IMG/VR virus record: IMGVR_UViG_3300027770_000174
Location: 1-32,785 of that record
Reading direction: 5' to 3' (one strand)
From: a virus
Taxonomy: Duplodnaviria > Caudoviricetes
Length of the DNA stretch: 32,785 nt
Shown: positions 27,038 through 32,785 of the stretch, one piece after another
Numbering within the stretch: the stretch's first letter is position 1
Layout: every line of letters begins with the position of its first letter
Program-made: the position numbers and the translations under genes
Notes under the pieces: generated by a model
Database searches by the model: none
Seen by the model: the letters and a program-made list of their open reading frames with translations, nothing else
What the model was told of the DNA's origin: nothing

Positions 27038-28533
27038 TACCAGCTCACATTTCCAGTACCAGCAGTAAATCTATAAATTTTATTTCCGCCAGAAGTAGTT
27101 TTAGTGTAAGTTAGACCAGCTGCAATAGAAGTTAAATCTGCATATTGTGAAGGGTAACTAACAATAACAACTCCAGATGCGCCACTTCCAGAAGCAACAA
27201 CATTGCCTCCATTACCAGAACCATCTGCACCATCTCCTGTATTGGCAGTCTTTGCACCTCCAGAGCCTGAGCCCACGCCGCCTTTTGCATAAACTACAGC
27301 AGAACCTGAAATAGAATTAGATACGCCAGGTGATGGGTCCCAAGTAGAGCCGCCGCCGCCGCCTTGTCCACTTGCACTACCACCAGCGGCAGCAACCCAA
27401 AAATAACTATTTAGTGGAGAGCCTTGATAACCCTCTACTGGAGAGTATCCTCCTTCATTTCCAGCTCCAGGCGATCCCCAGTTACCGCCTCCATTGGAAC
27501 CACCGCCTCCGCCTGAACCTCCTGGGCCTCCAGCCCCAGCGCTTGTCCCAGTTGATCCGCCGCCGCCGTATCCTCCGCCAGTTGATGTTATTGTACTAAA
27601 AACTGAATTGCCACCTTTTGTACCATTTCCAGCAGCACCAGAACTTGCAGGACCTCCTGCTCCTCCAGCACCAACTGTTACAAGATACGGTGTTGAGTTG
27701 GCAACAGATAATGTAGATGACCTATACCCACCAGCACCACCAGCTCCGCCACCGTTATAACTTCCAATAGTGGCTCCACCACCGCCGCCGCCGCCTGCAA
27801 CTACAAGATAAGTTACACTTGCAGGAGCTCCGTAAGGTGTTACCGAACTACTTGCAGCGCTTGCTGCTGATGTTCCGTTTGCATTTGTTGCGGTTACGGT
27901 AAATGTGTATGAAGTTCCATTTGTTAAACCTGAAACTGTGATAGGGGACGATCCAGTGCCTGTTAGGCCACCTGGACTAGATGTTGCAGTATAAGCAGTA
28001 ACTGATGCTCCACCTGTTGCACCTGCGGTGTATGCTACAGTAGCACTTGCAACTCCTCCAACAACTGCGCCAATTGTTGGAGCTTGTGGGGCAGATGTTG
28101 CGGTTACTGCGCTACTTGCAGATGAGCTAGAAGATGTTCCAAAGTTATTTGTAGCAGTTGCTGTATAAGTATAAGAAGTTGAAGATTGCAAGCCAGTTAC
28201 AACTAAAGGACTAGATGAGCCAGTAGCAGTATATGATCCTGGAGATGAAGTAACTGTAAAAGATGTTGGCAACCCGCCGTTTGTTCCAACGCTAAATGCT
28301 ACTGATGCCTGTCCATTATTATATGCTCTACTTGAAGGTTGATTTGTAGCAACTACTGAAGTAGGCTGTCCTGGAAGAACTGGGGAAGATGCAAACCAGC
28401 CTTGTGCGGTATACATCTCCATATATCCTAAGTCACCATTATAATAAACATCACCAACTGCTGGAGATGCTGGTCTATTGGCAGTTGTTCCTTTTGGAAC
28501 ACCACCTAAACTAGTTGCTTTTATATCTGCCAT
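27037..28533 (-). CDS. Fibre/adhesin: anchor motif + 2 FN3 + glycine-rich domain (498 aa)
   Basis: Start reassigned to ATG 28533 (TAATG overlap with the upstream stop). 'KGTTANRPASPAVGDVYYN', 'TYLVVAGGGG'. Confidence 0.85.
   Translation of the reverse strand: MADIKATSLGGVPKGTTANRPASPAVGDVYYNGDLGYMEMYTAQGWFASSPVLPGQPTSVVATNQPSSRAYNNGQASVAFSVGTNGGLPTSFTVTSSPGSYTATGSSSPLVVTGLQSSTSYTYTATATNNFGTSSSSSASSAVTATSAPQAPTIGAVVGGVASATVAYTAGATGGASVTAYTATSSPGGLTGTGSSPITVSGLTNGTSYTFTVTATNANGTSAASAASSSVTPYGAPASVTYLVVAGGGGGGGATIGSYNGGGAGGAGGYRSSTLSVANSTPYLVTVGAGGAGGPASSGAAGNGTKGGNSVFSTITSTGGGYGGGGSTGTSAGAGGPGGSGGGGGSNGGGNWGSPGAGNEGGYSPVEGYQGSPLNSYFWVAAAGGSASGQGGGGGSTWDPSPGVSNSISGSAVVYAKGGVGSGSGGAKTANTGDGADGSGNGGNVVASGSGASGVVIVSYPSQYADLTSIAAGLTYTKTTSGGNKIYRFTAGTGNVSW
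27851..27911. repeat. 61-bp exact direct repeat, copy 2
   Basis: Identical to 24173..24233. A diverged third copy lies near 26205-26250. Confidence 0.9.
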
Positions 28534-29516
28534 TATCCAACCTTCCAACCATATGTTGCGCCTGTGTAAACTAATGTTGCCCAGTATCCATTTGCGTCAA
28601 TTATAAAATTTCCTGCATTGCCGTTAATTAAACTAGAATTTCTTGCTATGGTTATATTATACGTTGCTGCGTTTCCTGATGCATCAAATATATCAACTTG
28701 ATCATTTTGAGCAGGAGATGCAGGTAATGTTAATGTTAGGGCGGATGCTGAAGTAACAAAATATCTTCTTCCCGCCACTAATGTAGTATTTGCTGATATA
28801 GCTGAGGAAATCTCAGTCTTTCTATTAGACAAAGCATTTGTTACGGTTGTAGCAAAGTTTGCATCATCTCCTAATGCCGCCGCTAATTCATCTAGCGTAT
28901 TTAGGGCGGCAGGAGCGGAAGCAATAAGATTACTTATTTGAGTATTTACAATAGTATCTATCTCTGCCTGTGTATATGTATTAGTTGAATTTAAATTTGT
29001 TATTGTAACTATCTCTATAATGTCGCCTGCTGCTGCGGCGGAACCAAGAATAACAGTAGTACTAGAAGATGTTGTATAATCTGTTGTCTTTAATAGTAAA
29101 AGACCATTGAAGTATACCTGCTCATACCCATCTATAAATGCTACTGATGCTACGAAATTTGTTTGTCCCGCCGTTGCTGTAAATGTATGACGGCGAATAA
29201 TGTTGGGGTCAAAGGAGTCTGAAGTAGAATCTGATTCAATCCAGATATCGCCAATGTCGGGGGAAGAAGGAGCATCTGCTTGATAATTAGATCCTTGAAT
29301 TAATGATGATAAAGTAGTTGGGGCATATGTAGAGCCTGAAGTTGAATATAGGATTTGTCCTGAAGTAGGAGAAGTTGTTGTTCCTGTTCCGCCATATTGT
29401 GTTGCAATATATGGGGTGGAATCAATATTTCCAGATACATCAGATACAAGGGGGCCTGCAGAGGTTATACCTTTAACCTGCAGTTTATTTTTAACTTTAA
29501 AATCTTTATCTGACAA
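28533..29516 (-). CDS. Multi-module fibre hub/carrier protein
   Basis: TTG start. Modules: 'DKDFKVK', 'YGGTG', 'APSSPDIGDIWIESD', 'ATAGQT...VYFNG..DY' domain, 'APAALNTLDELAAALGDDANFATT' helical motif, and C-terminal 'LTLPASP...GW' domain. Confidence 0.8.
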   Translation of the reverse strand: MSDKDFKVKNKLQVKGITSAGPLVSDVSGNIDSTPYIATQYGGTGTTTSPTSGQILYSTSGSTYAPTTLSSLIQGSNYQADAPSSPDIGDIWIESDSTSDSFDPNIIRRHTFTATAGQTNFVASVAFIDGYEQVYFNGLLLLKTTDYTTSSSTTVILGSAAAAGDIIEIVTITNLNSTNTYTQAEIDTIVNTQISNLIASAPAALNTLDELAAALGDDANFATTVTNALSNRKTEISSAISANTTLVAGRRYFVTSASALTLTLPASPAQNDQVDIFDASGNAATYNITIARNSSLINGNAGNFIIDANGYWATLVYTGATYGWKVG

Positions 29517-29552
29517 TTTGGATCACATATCCCCTAGTTGTTGTATTGTTTA

Positions 29553-29561
29553 ATTATAGCA
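29553..29561 (-). promoter_or_regulatory. Extended -10 promoter TGCTATAAT heading the five-gene fibre operon
   Basis: Immediately after the stop of 29562..29798. Confidence 0.7.
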
Positions 29562-29798
29562 TTAAATTACTATTGTAGCCGCTTCTTCAGCAGTAAGTGG
29601 TTGACCAGCAATAAGCTTAGTTTTTGCTGATTCTTTTAATGCCGCCAAAGCTTCATATGCTGTTTCACGAGCAGCTCTTGCCTCTACTGAAGCTATCATG
29701 TCAACTTCATGTTGTGCAATTTCTTCGTCTGTTAAGGCAACAATAGTTGTTTGTCCTGTTGAACAATCTACCAAAGTTTTTGTTAATGTTTCTGACAT
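29562..29798 (-). CDS. Small hypothetical protein, candidate fibre chaperone/partner
   Basis: 78 aa with a strong AAAGGAGG SD. Beta-hairpin then helices ('LTDEEIA...LTAEEAATI'). Follows the paralogue triplet. Confidence 0.7.
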   Translation of the reverse strand: MSETLTKTLVDCSTGQTTIVALTDEEIAQHEVDMIASVEARAARETAYEALAALKESAKTKLIAGQPLTAEEAATIVI

Positions 29799-29835
29799 TT
29801 TTTTTCCTCCTTTTATATTAAAATAAGCATATTAT

Positions 29836-30363
29836 TTATGCTTTAGTAATCCCATATAATGAAATTACAGATCCTGCTGCTATATTGCCAGATGAACCTG
29901 CAGTAAATGTTATAGAATTTATTGCAGCTGTGCTTGCCCAGGTCCAAATCCATTGATATAAGGTTACTCCAGTTGCATTATTCTCTGCTGTACCAAATTG
30001 TGTGGCTGCTTTTTGAATAATAGTTCCTGAATAATTTGGTATATATATTGAAAAATTTGAGTATCCATTTGCTGTATATGTAGATGGGGTCATATTTCCA
30101 TAACCTAAAAATTGTGTTTGTGCAGCACCAGCCCCAGTTATTTGAGCACCAGCGGCGGAACCAGATGAATATAACGATCTTTCATAATAAATAGATGATG
30201 AAGATCCATTAAAACGAACTAGTGCTCCATCATTATTTGCGCTATTCCTCATTGATCCTATAATATACAAATCACTATATGATTGAGATATGGTGCCAAA
30301 AGTTACTGATGGTGTTGCACTTCCTACAGTTGTAGTTGTTATTAATGTTGGACCATTAGCCAT
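29836..30363 (-). CDS. Beta-sandwich fibre-tip protein, paralogue 3
   Basis: 'ISQSYSDL', 'RFNG', 'IPNY', 'TAAINSIT', 'SLYGI'. Confidence 0.75.
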   Translation of the reverse strand: MANGPTLITTTTVGSATPSVTFGTISQSYSDLYIIGSMRNSANNDGALVRFNGSSSSIYYERSLYSSGSAAGAQITGAGAAQTQFLGYGNMTPSTYTANGYSNFSIYIPNYSGTIIQKAATQFGTAENNATGVTLYQWIWTWASTAAINSITFTAGSSGNIAAGSVISLYGITKA

Positions 30364-30365
30364 AT

Positions 30366-30869
30366 TTAAGACCCCTTAATTCCATATATACCAATTGTTG
30401 TTCCATTGGCAAAATATGTAGTTGTTTGTGCTGGATCAATAAATATTTTAATTCTATTTATTGCATTAGTATTATTCCATGCTCCATTAGTTATTCCAAA
30501 TTGATATTGTGCATTTCCAGAGTAATTTAAATATGGTTTATAAGTTGTTGTATTTGCATAATTTGGAAAATGTTGTGTAGATAAATACGGTTCAGTAGTA
30601 TGTGCATTTAATACTGGATAAAAAACTGTATCTACTACATTATAGACATATGGTTGTGCACCACCATCGCCAAAGGCCCACTGCTGTGGGCATTTACTTG
30701 TTGAGTCATTATTAACTCTTAACCAAATATCCCAGCTTGTAGCCATTGTTCCACTCAAAATAACAACTAAATCAGTATATGTTTGAGGAATATTTTGGAA
30801 ATCAACTAATTGTGTTGTATTACCAGATATTACATTTGATACAATAGGTACATATGTTCCTGTGGCCAT
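30366..30869 (-). CDS. Beta-sandwich fibre-tip protein, paralogue 2 (167 aa)
   Basis: Start reassigned to ATG 30869 (MATGTYVPI), 1 nt after the upstream stop with a GGAG SD. 'IPQTYTDL', 'FPNY', 'TNAINRI', 'IYGI'. Confidence 0.75.
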   Translation of the reverse strand: MATGTYVPIVSNVISGNTTQLVDFQNIPQTYTDLVVILSGTMATSWDIWLRVNNDSTSKCPQQWAFGDGGAQPYVYNVVDTVFYPVLNAHTTEPYLSTQHFPNYANTTTYKPYLNYSGNAQYQFGITNGAWNNTNAINRIKIFIDPAQTTTYFANGTTIGIYGIKGS

Positions 30870-30870
30870 C

Positions 30871-32298
30871 TTAGCTCCATCCATAAAGGGCAATAGAAGA
30901 ATATTGCGCCCAGTTTACACCAGAAATTGTAATTGAATTTATTGCTGCAGTACTATTCCATTGTCCTGATGTCATACTTGTTTCTTGTGAAGACGTTGTA
31001 GAAGTTTCTAGTTTACTATACCCGCCTAAACCTTTTATAACTTTAGCTATTGACGTGCTTGTATAATTTGTTATATCAATTACATGGTAACCCCACCAGC
31101 TGGTTCCTTTATTTGTCCCTGGAAATCCACCATAACTTGACCACATTGTAGTTGAAGATGCTGAAGGAGATGGACTTGATGCTGAATTAGAACTACCAGT
31201 AGCATACCAATGGTGGTGAGAATAATTACCAGCGGTGTCGCCATTAAATCTAATTAAAGCATCTCCAGAAGAAACAACATCCGTAAGCCTACCAAAAAGT
31301 CTTAGCTGTAAATGCGTGTAAGTTTGCGGAATACTGCTTATTGTTAATGAGCCTTGACCACCAGCACCAACATTTGTTGTAGATATTGAATAAAATGATG
31401 TAGAAAAATGTGCAACTGGTGTATAAGAACTACTTGATGAACTTGCTGTACCTGTACCAATTACGTTTACTGCTTTTACTCTAAATATATAAGTTGTACC
31501 AATTGTTAAACCTGTAACAGTTGCTGATGTTGCTGTTGATGTTCCGTCCGCAAATACTGTATATGATGATCCAGCATTTAATGAATATTCAACTATATAA
31601 TCTGTAATTGCAGATCCACCATTTGAACCAGGTGCTGTCCATGCAATTAATGCTTCTCCATCTATTCCTGTATCTGCTGCAGTTACAGAAGTTGGTGCTC
31701 CTGGCACATTTGCTGTTGTTACAGAATTTGATGCAGATGATGCATTTGATATTCCAAAAGCATTTGTTGCAGTTACTGTAAATGTATATGCAGTACCTGC
31801 AGTTAATCCAGTTATTGAAATTGGAGAAGTTGCGCTAGATACAGAAATTGATCCTGGATTAGATGTTGCAGTATACGTGCTAATTGCAGCATCACCAAAA
31901 TCATTGGGTCCTGTAAATGGAACAGATGCTATTAATGCAGTTAAACTAGCTGTGCCAATTGTTGGAGGAAGTGGCACTGCACCATTTACTGCAACAGATA
32001 CCCATGCAGATCCTGTCCATACTTCAAATGCTTTCTTTTCTGTATTAAAAAATAAATCTCCAGCAGTTGGGGATGCTGGTCTTTGAGAAGTTGTTCCTCT
32101 TGTATATGCTACAGATGGTGTTATCCAAGAAGTATTTGTTCCGTCTGTTTGTAATACTTTATTAGCATTACTTGTTTGTAATGGAAGCAAAGCGTTTAAA
32201 GTATTAGAGGCTGATGTTTGTCCTGTTCCGCCTTGATCTACAGGAAGCGGGGACGGAAGAGTAAGGCCTGTCTTAACCTTAAAATTCTTGTCAGCCAT
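30871..32298 (-). CDS. Fibre protein: DKNFKVK N-terminus + anchor motif + 2 FN3 + beta-sandwich tip (paralogue 1)
   Basis: 'RGTTSQRPASPTAGDLFFNT', FN3 'WTAPGSNGGSAITDYIVEY...GLTIGTTYIFRVKAVN', and C-terminal 'IPQTYTHLQLR...TAAINSIT...ALYG'. Confidence 0.85.
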   Translation of the reverse strand: MADKNFKVKTGLTLPSPLPVDQGGTGQTSASNTLNALLPLQTSNANKVLQTDGTNTSWITPSVAYTRGTTSQRPASPTAGDLFFNTEKKAFEVWTGSAWVSVAVNGAVPLPPTIGTASLTALIASVPFTGPNDFGDAAISTYTATSNPGSISVSSATSPISITGLTAGTAYTFTVTATNAFGISNASSASNSVTTANVPGAPTSVTAADTGIDGEALIAWTAPGSNGGSAITDYIVEYSLNAGSSYTVFADGTSTATSATVTGLTIGTTYIFRVKAVNVIGTGTASSSSSSYTPVAHFSTSFYSISTTNVGAGGQGSLTISSIPQTYTHLQLRLFGRLTDVVSSGDALIRFNGDTAGNYSHHHWYATGSSNSASSPSPSASSTTMWSSYGGFPGTNKGTSWWGYHVIDITNYTSTSIAKVIKGLGGYSKLETSTTSSQETSMTSGQWNSTAAINSITISGVNWAQYSSIALYGWS

Positions 32299-32320
32299 TA
32301 TTACCTCAGATCAAATTAGA

Positions 32321-32698
32321 TTATGGAGCTACTACTTCTTGCCAATTCAAATCTGCTTCAATCCAGGCAAACATCTTTCCCTCTTCAACAGGCATTGCTG
32401 TTGGAGCGTCCCAAAGACATGTTGCGTCATTTAGTAACCATGAAGCGAAAGGCTTTGGTGGGATAAATGCATCACGAACTGCGTCGTATGAATATCCAAT
32501 TCCTGCATAATTTTTTCTTACAGGGGTCCCGCCGTTTGCGTGTACGCCACCTAAAGTGTTGTATGAGGTCTGAATCCATGTTCCGCCAAGATCCAAGGTG
32601 TTAGCCAGAAAATTCTGACCATCAGCTGCATCGGCGTCGTTTACTACTAGAACACGAGTAACAATATTGTTCCCGTCAATTTCTGCGAAGTGTGCCAT
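32321..32698 (-). CDS. Small hypothetical protein (MAHFAE...), candidate fibre-associated partner
   Basis: 125 aa with an AAAGGAG SD. 'WIQTSYN...RKNYAGIGYSYD..RDAFIPPKPFASW.L....CLW.AP' resembles fibre-assembly-type C-termini. Confidence 0.75.
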   Translation of the reverse strand: MAHFAEIDGNNIVTRVLVVNDADAADGQNFLANTLDLGGTWIQTSYNTLGGVHANGGTPVRKNYAGIGYSYDAVRDAFIPPKPFASWLLNDATCLWDAPTAMPVEEGKMFAWIEADLNWQEVVAP

Positions 32699-32733
32699 TT
32701 TTTTCTCCTTTGTTAGTTGTCTTGCTTATTTAT

Positions 32734-32762
32734 ATTTTACCATTTATTAAATGATAAGTCTA
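32734..32762 (-). promoter_or_regulatory. Promoter TAGACT-N17-TAAAAT (extended TG)
   Basis: TGGTAAAAT with a 17-nt spacer to TAGACT, upstream of 32698. Confidence 0.65.
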
Positions 32763-32785
32763 TTGTTTTATATTGGGTATCTAAT

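Noticed and set aside
22691-27760. Proline-rich plus-strand ORFs (22691, 23528, 27494) and alternate-frame minus ORFs (22509, 23289, 23685, 24216)
   Set aside because: Expected by-products of GGN/GCN codon runs in the glycine-rich genes.
24173-27911. Diversity-generating retroelement TR/VR pair
   Set aside because: Both copies are in coding FN3 regions, flanking mismatches are mostly synonymous rather than adenine-specific, and there is no reverse transcriptase in the window.
22456-28000. CRISPR-like or tandem DNA repeats (ccaccacc/ccgccgcc runs)
   Set aside because: These are poly-Gly codons, with no constant repeat-spacer periodicity.
22456-28000. Collagen or antifreeze function for the glycine-rich regions
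   Set aside because: There is no sustained Gly-X-Y register. A polyglycine adhesin domain explains the pattern, and nothing supports ice binding.
1-32785. Stop-codon reassignment, tRNA genes, introns/inteins, integrase or terminase
   Set aside because: Genes tile densely under the standard code, using TAA, TAG and TGA stops. No intergenic gap shows a tRNA cloverleaf, and no such protein motifs were seen.

Overview
The window is one contiguous, minus-strand virion morphogenesis region of a large, AT-rich tailed phage. It is siphovirus-like: there is a 2146-aa tape measure protein and no sheath gene. Reading right to left, it starts with a ~12 kb block of fibre/decoration genes built from reused modules (Mtd_N-like 'RPxxPxxG' anchors, FN3 pairs, glycine-rich polyglycine-type tips, a triplet of paralogous beta-sandwich domains, a LamG protein). 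Next come portal, prohead protease with a nested scaffold, major capsid, head-tail joining genes, major tail protein, a tail assembly chaperone pair joined by a -1 frameshift (C CCA AAC), tape measure, distal tail, an apparently split hub, and further baseplate genes. The ORF track misses a partial gene at 1..390. Sigma70-type promoters, several positioned for leaderless mRNAs, and two intrinsic terminators are visible. The overall style suggests a phage of low-GC (e.g. freshwater) Actinobacteria; this is inference. The most interesting signals are a candidate plug-and-socket branched fibre system (22456-29516), a probable heterotrimeric tip cassette, and motif-delimited cargo segments inside the tape measure protein. 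No terminase, integrase, reverse transcriptase, tRNA or CRISPR array was seen. All product calls come from motif recognition and gene order, not from database searches.
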